From an uncultured Planctomycetaceae bacterium (GTDB taxonomy: Bacteria > Planctomycetota > Planctomycetia > Planctomycetales > Planctomycetaceae): a stretch of 64,000 bases of DNA. How positions within the stretch are numbered: position 1 is the first letter of the stretch; every line of letters begins with the position of its first letter. The notes beneath the pieces are model-generated. The model was not told the DNA's origin. It searched no databases and saw only the letters and a program-made list of their open reading frames with translations. Location: NCBI GenBank assembly GCA_963976765.1, contig CAXBME010000014.1:62001-126000 (forward strand). The letters are read 5' to 3'. Both the position numbers and the translations under genes were made by a program. Below, in pieces: positions 42,524 to 51,968 of the stretch.

Positions 42524-43438
42524 CTACGTGGTCTCGCGCTTTCTTCGAACGATCCAGACGCTGCTTTCTGCATGGCGAATCAGCCGTCTTGAAACACTGC
42601 CGAGAAGAAAGCGATCGACGGCCCCTTTTCCGTTGCTGCCTGCCATCACAATATCCGCTTGCCACCGTTCAGCCACGTCGAGAATCTCTGACGCAACGTC
42701 GCTGGCTTCCTCAAGCTGCGTCGAAACGTTGCCGACTCCGGCGGCTTCGAGCAGTCGCGCAGCCGTGCCGAGAGCCTCTCGAGCCAGCTCTTCTTCCTTT
42801 TGCCACTCGGCGCTCATCTTCTGCAGCACATCGGCTCGGTACGAAGTCACAAGACTGTGAACCGTCAACAACTTCACATCGACCGAGCCTTTCAACGGCA
42901 GCTGAGCCAGCGTTTCTATCGATTCATTCGCCCCTGACGAACCATCGCACGTAACCAGAATTCGCAGCGGTACATGGCCTTCAGACGTTGCCGCATTCGA
43001 ATGTGAGGATTCGCGAGCCACCAGGACCGAGCATGGAGCGTGACGCACGATTTTCTCGGAAGAACTGCCAAGCAGAAAGCGTTCAAGAGCATTCATGCCG
43101 CGAGCCCCCAGTGCGACCAGATCAGCCTCTTCCGACTCGGCGAGGGCGGTGATCTCACGAGCAGCATGTCCAACCACCAGCTTTTCCCGCACAGAAGCAA
43201 ACTTCCCGGCCAGCTTCGCGGACTCTTTCTGCAGCAACGCTCTCGCGCATTCCTGCCGATCGTCATCCAGCGTTTCCCTTACGAGCGTCCCGAGATACTT
43301 GCCGTATGCAGACTCATAGATTTCCTCGAGCACATTGACGACGACGACGACGCTATCCTCGGGAAATGGAATTCGATTCAGTAACGCACCGGCCGCGCGG
43401 GATTGCGGCGATCCATCGACGGCACTGATGATCTTCAT
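42524..43438 (-). CDS. Tandem-domain universal stress protein
   Basis: Two USP domains: AVDGS...GARG...FLLGSSSEKIVRHAPCSV and TCDGS...GSNG...FLLGSVSRRLIRHAESSV. Confidence 0.93.
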   Translation of the reverse strand: MKIISAVDGSPQSRAAGALLNRIPFPEDSVVVVVNVLEEIYESAYGKYLGTLVRETLDDDRQECARALLQKESAKLAGKFASVREKLVVGHAAREITALAESEEADLVALGARGMNALERFLLGSSSEKIVRHAPCSVLVARESSHSNAATSEGHVPLRILVTCDGSSGANESIETLAQLPLKGSVDVKLLTVHSLVTSYRADVLQKMSAEWQKEEELAREALGTAARLLEAAGVGNVSTQLEEASDVASEILDVAERWQADIVMAGSNGKGAVDRFLLGSVSRRLIRHAESSVWIVRRKRETT

Positions 43439-43517
43439 GGCAAGTATTCCTGTGTGAGTTCAAACGTGTGGGATATCAACCAGCGCTCTGAAGAACAACC
43501 TTCCTCAACCGTGACGT

Positions 43518-43533
43518 TGCAATGAGTGTGCCG
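43518..43533 (-). promoter_or_regulatory. Sigma54 -24/-12 promoter for the usp-cls operon
   Basis: Minus strand CGGCAC-ACTCA-TTGCA, GG-N10-GC, about 80 bp before ATG 43438. Confidence 0.75.
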
Positions 43534-43675
43534 TGTGCCCACTCAAAGAATGCGTCCGATACACGAGTGCGAAGTCGCGCACCGTGCACCATTGTCACGC
43601 TGAAGGCTCACTCCTGAAAGCGTTCCGCCCGACAGATAAAGCCACCGCACCGGCATGACGAAAGCATGACACCTT

Positions 43676-43691
43676 TGGCACCAGAATTGCG
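43676..43691 (+). promoter_or_regulatory. Sigma54 -24/-12 promoter for the small membrane protein gene
   Basis: TGGCAC-CAGAA-TTGCG, near-consensus, 58 bp before ATG 43749. Confidence 0.8.
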
Positions 43692-43748
43692 TTCGGCAAT
43701 GCGTCACCGAGTCCCTTGATCTTCGAAGTTCAATACTGGAGTTTCGCC

Positions 43749-43976
43749 ATGTCGACAGACACTCTTAATCGACCGGAAGTCGCGCCTTCCAATCCGTCGT
43801 CGAGTCCGGCCAGCACGGTCGAGCCACTTTTCAGTCGTGAAGAAATCCGACAGTTCGACTCGGACGACACCGAAGCTGGCAGGCGCATTGGCAAGATTCT
43901 GACTTCATTGTTCATCTACACGCTCATCGCAATGAGCGTCGTCATCTGGTGGACCCTTCGCACCGTCGGACATTAA
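43749..43976 (+). CDS. Small (75 aa) single-pass membrane protein
   Basis: GGAG RBS, sigma54 promoter upstream, 'FSREEIRQFDSDDTEAGRRIGKIL' followed by one TM helix. Confidence 0.75.
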   Translation: MSTDTLNRPEVAPSNPSSSPASTVEPLFSREEIRQFDSDDTEAGRRIGKILTSLFIYTLIAMSVVIWWTLRTVGH

Positions 43977-44187
43977 CCACGACGTCAGCGTCAACTCCCG
44001 ATATCGGCACGAAACAACAAAGAGCGACCACTGACATCTCACTCGCGTTTCGTCCTGGTACGAAATCGGGAATTGGGCTCAAGTCTTTTTCCTGGCATTC
44101 GAATCATGGCTCTGAGCACGACGGCCAGTTAACCTCAGCCGTCTTGAAATCTGAAATCGTTAACGTGAGCCCAACTGACAGCCAGCC

Positions 44188-45399
44188 ATGACGCAGACAC
44201 ACCAGGAAACTGATCGCTCAACGCTGTTTGCGTTGTATCAGGAGCTGCGTGCCTATGTCGGCTGGACCGATGCTGATGCCGAACAGTTGCCGGCGCTGAA
44301 GCGTCTTCTCGAACCGTCATTCGGGGCAGTCATCGACGACTTTTACGAAGAAATCGCTCGACATCCCGACACACTTCGCGTGATCACCGGGGGCGACGAG
44401 CAAATTCTGCGGCTGAAACAGACATTGCATCGATGGCTCACCGACCTGTTTTCCGGGCCATACGATGACGAGTTTGTCATGCGGCGTTTTCGAGTCGGGC
44501 AGCGTCATGTTGAAATTCGCCTCGACCAGTTCTACACAAACGTGGCAATGTCCAGAATTCGTGGAAGACTTCTTGAAGCACTCTTGTCGTACAATCTCGA
44601 ATCACAATTCGACCGTGACGCCGGCATTCAGGCTTTGAATCGCATCCTTGATCTTGATATGGCAATTATCGACTTTGCCTACAATCGTGCATTCGCGGTT
44701 CGGGAACAGCAGCAGGAACGACTGGCAACTCTCGGACAAGTGTCTGGCGGTATCGCCCACGAATTACGCAACCCTCTTAATGCGATCCAGACCTCGGTCT
44801 ATTATCTGCTGAATGCTCGCGACGCTTCGCCTGACAAAAAGCAGGAACACCTCGAACGGATCAGTCGACAGGTCGGAATCTCTGACAACGTCATCACGGC
44901 CCTCTCGCGATTTGCCCGATTGCCAACTCCAATTCTTCGCCCGATTGATCTGTGCGATCTCGTTGAACAGTCGCTGGATGCCAACCCACTTCCCGATAAC
45001 ATCAAACTTCAGCGAAACCATTCAGATTCCTACCCCCAGGTGGCCGGCGACCAGGAGCAACTCGCCATCGTGCTCGGCAACCTGATCCGTAACGCCTGCG
45101 ATGCCATGCCGGATGGCGGGACACTGACGCTCACCTGCACAGAACTGGCAGCAGAAGTCGACGGCGAGTCTGCTCGGTTTGCCTTGTCGGTGACGGACAC
45201 TGGCGGTGGCATTTCTCCGGATGTACTGCCTCAAATCATGGAACCGCTATTCTCGACGAAGACACGCGGTCTTGGCCTGGGACTCGCACTGGCTCAATCA
45301 ATCATCAATCGCCACGGCGGCGAACTATCTGTATCCAGCGAACCGGAACACGGCACGACATTCACCATGATCCTCCACATAGCTGAAGCCCCTGTATGA
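44188..45399 (+). CDS. Globin-coupled (protoglobin-type) sensor histidine kinase
   Basis: 'YVGWT..D', 'IDDFYEEI', 'RVGQRHVEIRL' (proximal His), 'RILDLD'; H-box IAHELRNPL, N-box NLIRNA, DTGGG, GLGLGL. Confidence 0.9.
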   Translation: MTQTHQETDRSTLFALYQELRAYVGWTDADAEQLPALKRLLEPSFGAVIDDFYEEIARHPDTLRVITGGDEQILRLKQTLHRWLTDLFSGPYDDEFVMRRFRVGQRHVEIRLDQFYTNVAMSRIRGRLLEALLSYNLESQFDRDAGIQALNRILDLDMAIIDFAYNRAFAVREQQQERLATLGQVSGGIAHELRNPLNAIQTSVYYLLNARDASPDKKQEHLERISRQVGISDNVITALSRFARLPTPILRPIDLCDLVEQSLDANPLPDNIKLQRNHSDSYPQVAGDQEQLAIVLGNLIRNACDAMPDGGTLTLTCTELAAEVDGESARFALSVTDTGGGISPDVLPQIMEPLFSTKTRGLGLGLALAQSIINRHGGELSVSSEPEHGTTFTMILHIAEAPV

Positions 45400-47219
45400 G
45401 CTACCCTGCTCGCATTCTGATCGTCGAAGACGAACCAGACACTCGCGCTAATTTGTGTGATCTGCTGGAGCTGTTCGGATTCCAGCCATTCGCCGTTGAA
45501 TCCGGTGCTGAGGCGCTTGCGCATCCGGAATTCAGCAGCGCCGAGGTAATCATTCTCGACAGGAACCTTCCTGATTTGCAGGCCGACCATCTGCTGCCGC
45601 TGATCCGAGAACGATTGCCACAAACAGACGTCATCGTGGCAACCGCACACGCCGACCTGGACGGAACAATCGCAGCGTTGAGGCACGGTGCGGCTGACTA
45701 TCTGATTAAACCTGTCAACCCCGAAGCTTTACGACTGTCGATCGAGCGTTGTCTTGACCAGAAAAGGCTTCGGCGCGAAGCCGAGCAGTCTCAGGCAGCA
45801 TTTCAGCAGCTTGTTGAATCGGCCGCCTGCGTCATCGTGCTGGCTCGTGCTGACAGAACAATTGCCTGGGTCAATCCATTCGCCGAACATTTCACCGGAC
45901 GCAAGGCCGAAGATCTGACCGGAAGCGACTGCCTCAACACATTCCTTCCTGATAAGGACCGAAGGCGATACGAACTACTGTTTCAGTGGGTCGAGCGAGG
46001 TCGCAGCGTCGATGAGTTTGAGCTTTCGATCGAGTGTCATCCCGGGCAGCACCGCTGGCTGATCTGCAATACGCGACGGCTGGATGACTATCACGGCACT
46101 CCCGCAATCCTGATCGTCGGGCATGATATCACCGCTCGCCGCGTCGCTGAGCAGCGTCTGCGACTCCTCGACACAGCCATCACCGACCTTGAGGAAGGTG
46201 TTCTGATCTCGCAGGTCGGTGAAACATGGTTCGACTCGCGAATTGTGTTTGCCAATCAGGCACTCTTCACCATCACCGGATATTCACCGGAAGAACTCGT
46301 CGGCTGCACGTCGCAGATTTTCGAAAGTTCCGCAACCGACAGACGCATCGTTGAAGACTTTGATCGGCACCTGTCGGCGGGTGAGGCTATCACCCGGGAA
46401 ATCGTGATTGATCGCAAAGGGGATTCTCAGGCGTTTGTGGAGTTGCACCTTTCTCCCGTCAACGACTCAGACGGCACACGAACTCACACGGTCGCCACGC
46501 TTCGAGATATTTCAGAACGAAAGCTGGCTGAAGAACGAGCGTTGCAGGCTGAACGACTGGCAGCAATCGGAACGGCGATGACCGGACTGGCTCACGAAAG
46601 CCGCAACGCTCTGCAACGCAGTCAGGCATCGCTCGACATGCTTTCGGCAATTATCGGCACTGACGATCCGGACTCGACAAAGCTGATTCAGCGCATCCAG
46701 CTCGCGCAGGATGACCTGCACCGCCTGTACGAAGACGTCCGCGAGTACGCTCGCCCGATTCGAGTCACCACGACACCGAAGCGGCTGGACGAGTTACTGC
46801 AGCAGGCCTGGGACGAGCTGATTGTGAAACGCGACGGTCGCAAGACGAAGCTCATCCAGCAGGCCGAGTCCGACGACTTGACCTGTCACGTCGAACCGTT
46901 TCTGATCCGCCAGGCGTTTCGCAACATTCTGGACAATTCTCTGGCAGCCTGCGAAGACCCGGTCACCATCACAGCCACCTGGCGGGACGCCATGCTCAAC
47001 GGTCGGTCGTCGTTGCAGGTATCCCTCCGTGATAACGGCCCCGGACTGCAACCACACTCTCGCGAAAAGTTGTTCGACGAATTCTTCACGACAAAAACAC
47101 ACGGCACCGGCCTGGGCCTGGCCATTGTCAAACGCTTCGTCGACGCGCACTCCGGGACGCTCGTCGTTGGAGAAGTTGATCAGGGTCTGGAGCTTGTCAT
47201 TACGCTCCCTAAAGCCTGA
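45396..47219 (+). CDS. Hybrid sensor kinase REC-PAS-PAS-HisKA-HATPase
   Basis: ILIVEDE/ILDRNLPD receiver; two PAS/PAC blocks ending HDITARR and RDISERK; LAHESRNAL; DNGPG, GTGLGL; ATGA overlap with the globin kinase gene. Confidence 0.92.
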   Translation: MSYPARILIVEDEPDTRANLCDLLELFGFQPFAVESGAEALAHPEFSSAEVIILDRNLPDLQADHLLPLIRERLPQTDVIVATAHADLDGTIAALRHGAADYLIKPVNPEALRLSIERCLDQKRLRREAEQSQAAFQQLVESAACVIVLARADRTIAWVNPFAEHFTGRKAEDLTGSDCLNTFLPDKDRRRYELLFQWVERGRSVDEFELSIECHPGQHRWLICNTRRLDDYHGTPAILIVGHDITARRVAEQRLRLLDTAITDLEEGVLISQVGETWFDSRIVFANQALFTITGYSPEELVGCTSQIFESSATDRRIVEDFDRHLSAGEAITREIVIDRKGDSQAFVELHLSPVNDSDGTRTHTVATLRDISERKLAEERALQAERLAAIGTAMTGLAHESRNALQRSQASLDMLSAIIGTDDPDSTKLIQRIQLAQDDLHRLYEDVREYARPIRVTTTPKRLDELLQQAWDELIVKRDGRKTKLIQQAESDDLTCHVEPFLIRQAFRNILDNSLAACEDPVTITATWRDAMLNGRSSLQVSLRDNGPGLQPHSREKLFDEFFTTKTHGTGLGLAIVKRFVDAHSGTLVVGEVDQGLELVITLPKA

Positions 47220-47395
47220 CTCTCGCCCAGAGCCAACCGCTACAAAGTCGCCGCCGGGTGGTGCTTCGTTCGGGCGTCAGGATCCCGGCAAGCGATCGGC
47301 AGGTTCTCTTGCAAACTCTGACGGCCAACCGTTTGATTCCCATCTCTCCCTTGATCCGAAACAGCAAACTCCTCGCAGGCGAACGAAAGAATCAC

Positions 47396-48241
47396 ATGGC
47401 CAACTCCGCAGGCAACACATCCAGGAAACTCGCTACGGCAGCTCTGCTTGCAACATTGATCGCGACAACACAGGTTGCCACCGCGCATGCAGAGTCGAAA
47501 TTTTCCGGTGAGAAATCCAACTGGCACGGCTTCGTGCGGCGCGACTTCGAAGTAGGCGAGCGTGCGTGCATCGTCGTGTCGCCGGAGAAGGCCGCTGACG
47601 GGAAGCCGTGGATCTGGCGTGCCCGATTCTTCGGCCATGAACCCCAGGCCGATGTTGAGATGCTCAAACGTGGATACCACATTGCCTATTGCGATGTCGG
47701 GAACCTGTTCGGGAATCCTCAGGCCGTCAAACATTGGGACGACTTTTACGAGTTCCTGACGACGAAGCATGGATTTGCAAAGAAGGTCGCTCTGGAAGGC
47801 ATGAGTCGAGGCGGGTTGATCATTTACAACTGGGCCGCTGCGAATCCCGAGAAAGTCGCATGCCTTTACGGCGACGCTCCGGTGTGCGATTTCAAAAGCT
47901 GGCCAGGTGGAAAAGGCAAAGGAAAAGGCGGCGGCGGTGCATGGCAGACCTGCCTGAAAGCATACGGGCTGACCGAAGAGCAGGCATTGACATACGACCG
48001 CAACCCGATCGATCAGCTGAAACCGCTGGCCGAAGCAAAGATTCCGATCCTGCACGTTGTTGGCGACGCGGATGATGTCGTGCCGGTCGCAGAAAATTCT
48101 GCGATCATCGAGGCCCGTTATAAAGCTCTCGGAGGCAACATCACAGTGATCTCAAAACCGGGCGTGGGCCATCATCCTCACGCTTTGAAAGACCCGACGC
48201 CGATTGTTGAATTCTTCGTCAAACACACCACGGCAAAGTGA
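47396..48241 (+). CDS. Secreted alpha/beta hydrolase (esterase-like)
   Basis: Signal peptide, PWIWRARFFGHEP, GMSRGG elbow, GDADDVVP, GHHPH. Confidence 0.85.
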   Translation: MANSAGNTSRKLATAALLATLIATTQVATAHAESKFSGEKSNWHGFVRRDFEVGERACIVVSPEKAADGKPWIWRARFFGHEPQADVEMLKRGYHIAYCDVGNLFGNPQAVKHWDDFYEFLTTKHGFAKKVALEGMSRGGLIIYNWAAANPEKVACLYGDAPVCDFKSWPGGKGKGKGGGGAWQTCLKAYGLTEEQALTYDRNPIDQLKPLAEAKIPILHVVGDADDVVPVAENSAIIEARYKALGGNITVISKPGVGHHPHALKDPTPIVEFFVKHTTAK

Positions 48242-48320
48242 GTCGCAATTACTGGTAACGCTCGACGACTGGGAGTTCTTCGATCTCCAACCCACAGAAA
48301 TCTCAGCCTTGCAGGGGGAC

Positions 48321-49514
48321 TCAGCTTGGTGAGAAGCGGTCGAGCGGGCTTTCGTGGCGGCGCGGGTGGGATGTTTGCAGAGATCGGATTTGCTTTTCCG
48401 TTTGAGCAATTTCTTCAGACGTGTCATGAACTCGAAGCTCGAAGCTGGTTTCGTAGGACTCGCCCGGAGCCAGAGTGATGACGCGACCGCGTTCCCGCTC
48501 GAAAGTTTTCAGGTTCGGAAAATTCGTGCCAGGTTCCAGACCAGTGACATACCCATCAGCTTCTGCCTGCGTGTTTTTCCAAAGGGTGAAGCACGGGAGC
48601 TGCTTTGTGGAGAAGCTCATGCTGAGACCTCGATCGCCTTCAGCATTTCTGAGCAGCACCTGAGTCTGTTCTTTCCAGTCACTGATCAGTTCAAAAAAGA
48701 ACGCTTCTTCAGGAAGCCCCGCCACTGGCCCGCCAAATTGATCAAAAGTAGCGACGCCTTTTGCCGAGTGTGCATCGCGCGGGGCGACTTCGGCAATCGG
48801 GGCAACAATCGTCGATCCTTCACCGAGAAACGGTCGACCGATATTCGTGTGGTAGAGCATCTGCAGTTCGGCAGGCGTGCCACCGATATTCGTCACAACG
48901 TCCTTCACAGTCACGGCGTTCGAGCCGGCTTCCGTCGAAACGGTCGATGTCAGCCGCAGAGCCGGAGCGAACATCATCGTTTCTTCAACGACTCCAGTGA
49001 CACTAAGCGTGCCCTGCCCTTCGTCAGAAATCTCAACTTCAACGTGGTGCGCAGGGATATTGGCAATCTTGCCGTGCAGAGTAAGCTCGGACTCTGAGAC
49101 GTTTCCGGTCTCGTCGACAATTCGATCAATCCCCGGAGGCCCGTTGAATGACAGGCCGCATCGGCACATCAGCTCGTTGAAACCGCCGAGCCAGCCGAGG
49201 CCACTTCGGGCTTCCAGGTTGACGAGACTCGGATGAACGGGCCGCGCGACGGGAGAATTCCAGCCAATCGGAATTCCATGATACTCGCCTCGCCAAAGCC
49301 CCATGCCTCGTGACGGCAAAATCGAAATCGAGAGTTCGCCATTGTTCAGATCCACCACGTCAACACCATCCGACGGTCCGCCGCTGAGCGTTCGCTTTGA
49401 AACCGACCAATTCTCTGACCCGGACAGTGTCACTCCTGACGAGGCATCGACTTTCCCTGCCTTCATAAACTCGCCTGAGTCAGTATCTGTCAGAATAATT
49501 TGACTAACGGCCAT
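48321..49514 (-). CDS. Aldose 1-epimerase-like (DUF4432) protein
   Basis: ILPSRGMGLW, FNELMCRCGL, LHGKIAN, MLYHTNIG, YVTGLEPGTNFPN. Confidence 0.85.
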   Translation of the reverse strand: MAVSQIILTDTDSGEFMKAGKVDASSGVTLSGSENWSVSKRTLSGGPSDGVDVVDLNNGELSISILPSRGMGLWRGEYHGIPIGWNSPVARPVHPSLVNLEARSGLGWLGGFNELMCRCGLSFNGPPGIDRIVDETGNVSESELTLHGKIANIPAHHVEVEISDEGQGTLSVTGVVEETMMFAPALRLTSTVSTEAGSNAVTVKDVVTNIGGTPAELQMLYHTNIGRPFLGEGSTIVAPIAEVAPRDAHSAKGVATFDQFGGPVAGLPEEAFFFELISDWKEQTQVLLRNAEGDRGLSMSFSTKQLPCFTLWKNTQAEADGYVTGLEPGTNFPNLKTFERERGRVITLAPGESYETSFELRVHDTSEEIAQTEKQIRSLQTSHPRRHESPLDRFSPS

Positions 49515-50011
49515 TTCAGAACTCCGCCCAGGAAGTCGATAAAGATTCTCGTCCGGGTACGATTCCGGACCAGCTCGCGGCACTTGAGCCACGCCATGTG
49601 AAGCTGAAACGTTTGAGTCTAAAGATCATCCCCGCTTCTCTTCCAGCAACCCGCTGTGCAGACAGGAGTGCCAGATCCGACGTTTGACGCAAAGTATTGA
49701 TGTGGCTAGCATTTGCCTCGATTCGTCTGCCCCGGTGGTGGACGAGCTTTTCAGAAGTCGCTTTCGTGGACGACCACAACGCTTCTGCTCTTCTTCTGCG
49801 GGTTTCGTTGCCGAGCCTTCCTGGAAATGCTCGCGAAGCTTGCTGGCTGGTTCCAGAGGTTTTCCCTGGGAATCCAGCTCCGTTTTCGGGTGTTCGATTG
49901 CCCGCAACCGGCGAATAAGAGTGGGACAGAATCCTTGTTGGTTTCTTTCCCGGACGAAGTGTGAACACGCGACGCATTCGTTGCGGCCGGATAACGGCAA
50001 AGGATGAATTG

Positions 50012-50752
50012 ATGCTGAAGATTAACGTGAAGGAAATGCTTGAAGCTGGTGTCCACTTCGGACACCGCACCAGTCGGTGGAATCCTAAAATGCGTCCATA
50101 CATCTATGGTCGCCGCAACCTGATTCACATCATCGATATTAAAGAAACAGTCCGCGGACTCATGCGAGCACAGCAGTACCTGAAGAAGGTCGCCTCGCAG
50201 GGAAGCTTGGTCGTTTTTGTTGGTACAAAGCGTCAGGCTGCTGAGCCCGTGATGGAAGCCGCAACGGCCTGCGGAATGCCATATGTCTCAGAACGATGGC
50301 TCGGCGGAATGCTGACCAATTTTCGAACCGTCCGCGGTCGACTGAAGCGGCTGGAAGAGCTGGAACTGCTCGAGTCGAGTGGTGAACTGGCCTCGTACTC
50401 CAAGAAGCGACAATCGACACTGCGACGTGAATTCAAAAAGATCAAACGAAACCTCGAAGGCATTCGGAACATGAACCGAATTCCTGAGGCCGTGGTCGTG
50501 ATCGATGCCAGTGCCGAAAAGAACTGCATTCATGAATGCCGTTTGATGGGAGTCAAAATCGTCGCCCTGATCGATACAGATTCCGATCCAGACTCCGTTG
50601 ACCTGCCGATTCCAGGCAACGATGACAGCATTCGCTCGATTCGCCTGATCCTCGAACAGCTGGTTGCTGGCATCAACGAAGGTCGCGGCTCACTTCCGCA
50701 GGCCGAAAAGGCAGAGGCTGTTGAAGAGCCGAAGGCCGTTCCAAGCCTGTAA
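50012..50752 (+). CDS. rpsB: 30S ribosomal protein S2
   Basis: [44 protein letters not shown]. Confidence 0.98.
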   Translation: MLKINVKEMLEAGVHFGHRTSRWNPKMRPYIYGRRNLIHIIDIKETVRGLMRAQQYLKKVASQGSLVVFVGTKRQAAEPVMEAATACGMPYVSERWLGGMLTNFRTVRGRLKRLEELELLESSGELASYSKKRQSTLRREFKKIKRNLEGIRNMNRIPEAVVVIDASAEKNCIHECRLMGVKIVALIDTDSDPDSVDLPIPGNDDSIRSIRLILEQLVAGINEGRGSLPQAEKAEAVEEPKAVPSL

Positions 50753-50770
50753 TCGCTATAAAAAATCAGT

Positions 50771-50804
50771 CAACAGCTCGGCGAGTATGCTCGCCGGGCT
50801 GTTG
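50771..50804 (+). promoter_or_regulatory. 15-bp stem-loop in the rpsB-tsf spacer
   Basis: caacagctcggcgag-tatg-ctcgccgggctgttg (one G-U pair), weak U tract. Confidence 0.6.
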
Positions 50805-50960
50805 GCTTCTGAACTCTGATTGGCGTCTCTGTGTCGAATAGCGACTGAATCGTCGCCGCGAGTTCAGATCTCGTTTCACAGTGTTCCCGTACCGGAAGGG
50901 ATTCTGTTCGGGACAGCATTCTCTCGTTTTCATCCAGAAACCAGCAGAAGGAAATTCGAC

Positions 50961-51797
50961 ATGGCTGCAGTAACAGCCGCCGCCGTTAAGGCGCTGCGTG
51001 AAAAAACAACACTCCCGATGATGGATTGCAAGAAGGCGCTTGTGGAAGCCGACGGCGACGAAGCAAAGGCCATTGAAATCCTCCGCGAGCAGTTCAAGAA
51101 GATTCAGATCAAGCGTGCCGATAACGAAACGACCGAAGGTCTGATCGAAATTGCCATCAAGGAAGACGGCAGCGAAGGTGCAATGGTCGAAGTTCAGTGC
51201 GAGTCGGCTCCGGTTGCTTCCAGTGAAGAATTCCGATCCTTCTCTCGTCAGTGCGCCAGCCAGCTGCTGAACGGCCCTGGAGCCGCAACGGCAGAAGAAC
51301 TTCTCACTCAGGCAGCACCAGAAGTTGCCGGCAAGACGCTGCGGGACCTCTGGGAAGATATCACCAACCAGATTCGCGAAAAGATTGTCGTCGGACGAAT
51401 CGTTCGCGTTGCTGGCCCAGTCAACGGCTACGTTCACCACGACGGCAAGAACGGTGCACTTTTCCAGGCGGAAGGTGACTCTGGAAACCTTGACCTTCTG
51501 CGCGACGTTGCCATGCACATCACCGCGTTGCGACCAGCATTCTGTAACGCCGACAATCTGTCGCAGGAAGCCGTCGATGCTGAACGCGCAAGCCTAACAG
51601 AAGAAGCGAAAGCTTCAGGCAAGCCGGACAACATCGTCGATAAGATCGTCGACGGACGAATGAAAAACTTTTACGTCGAGCAAGGCGTGCTGACTTATCA
51701 GGCATTCGCCAAAGACGATTCCAAAACAGTCAGCCAGGCGCTTGCTGAATCCGGCTACAAAGCTGTCGGATTCACACGATGGTCACTGGGCAACTAG
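50961..51797 (+). CDS. tsf: Elongation factor Ts
   Basis: [40 protein letters not shown]; position after rpsB. Confidence 0.97.
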   Translation: MAAVTAAAVKALREKTTLPMMDCKKALVEADGDEAKAIEILREQFKKIQIKRADNETTEGLIEIAIKEDGSEGAMVEVQCESAPVASSEEFRSFSRQCASQLLNGPGAATAEELLTQAAPEVAGKTLRDLWEDITNQIREKIVVGRIVRVAGPVNGYVHHDGKNGALFQAEGDSGNLDLLRDVAMHITALRPAFCNADNLSQEAVDAERASLTEEAKASGKPDNIVDKIVDGRMKNFYVEQGVLTYQAFAKDDSKTVSQALAESGYKAVGFTRWSLGN

Positions 51798-51832
51798 CAA
51801 CGACAGTCGACCTTTTTGACGCTGAATAACTT

Positions 51833-51870
51833 CGAGGGACAAAAGACATCGTTCTTTTGTCCCTCGTTTC
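51833..51870 (+). terminator. Intrinsic terminator after tsf
   Basis: Perfect 14-bp stem cgagggacaaaaga/tcttttgtccctcg followed by tttc. Confidence 0.75.
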
Positions 51871-51968
51871 GTTGGGTCACTGGCCATCGTCGATCATGTC
51901 GCTAATCTTCCTGACGGTGACGCAAAACGAACGGCGTCGAGAACGGATTCTTCAACTGGAGATGAACG

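Noticed and set aside
44093..44108. TGGCAT as a sigma54 promoter for the globin kinase
   Set aside because: No GC at -12 (TGGCAT-TCGAA-TCATG).
47228..47245. GTAG-starting sequence on the minus strand (gtagcggttggctctg) as a second REP family, and similar fragments near 26226 and 15326
   Set aside because: Single degenerate copies with no partner in the window; cannot be supported.
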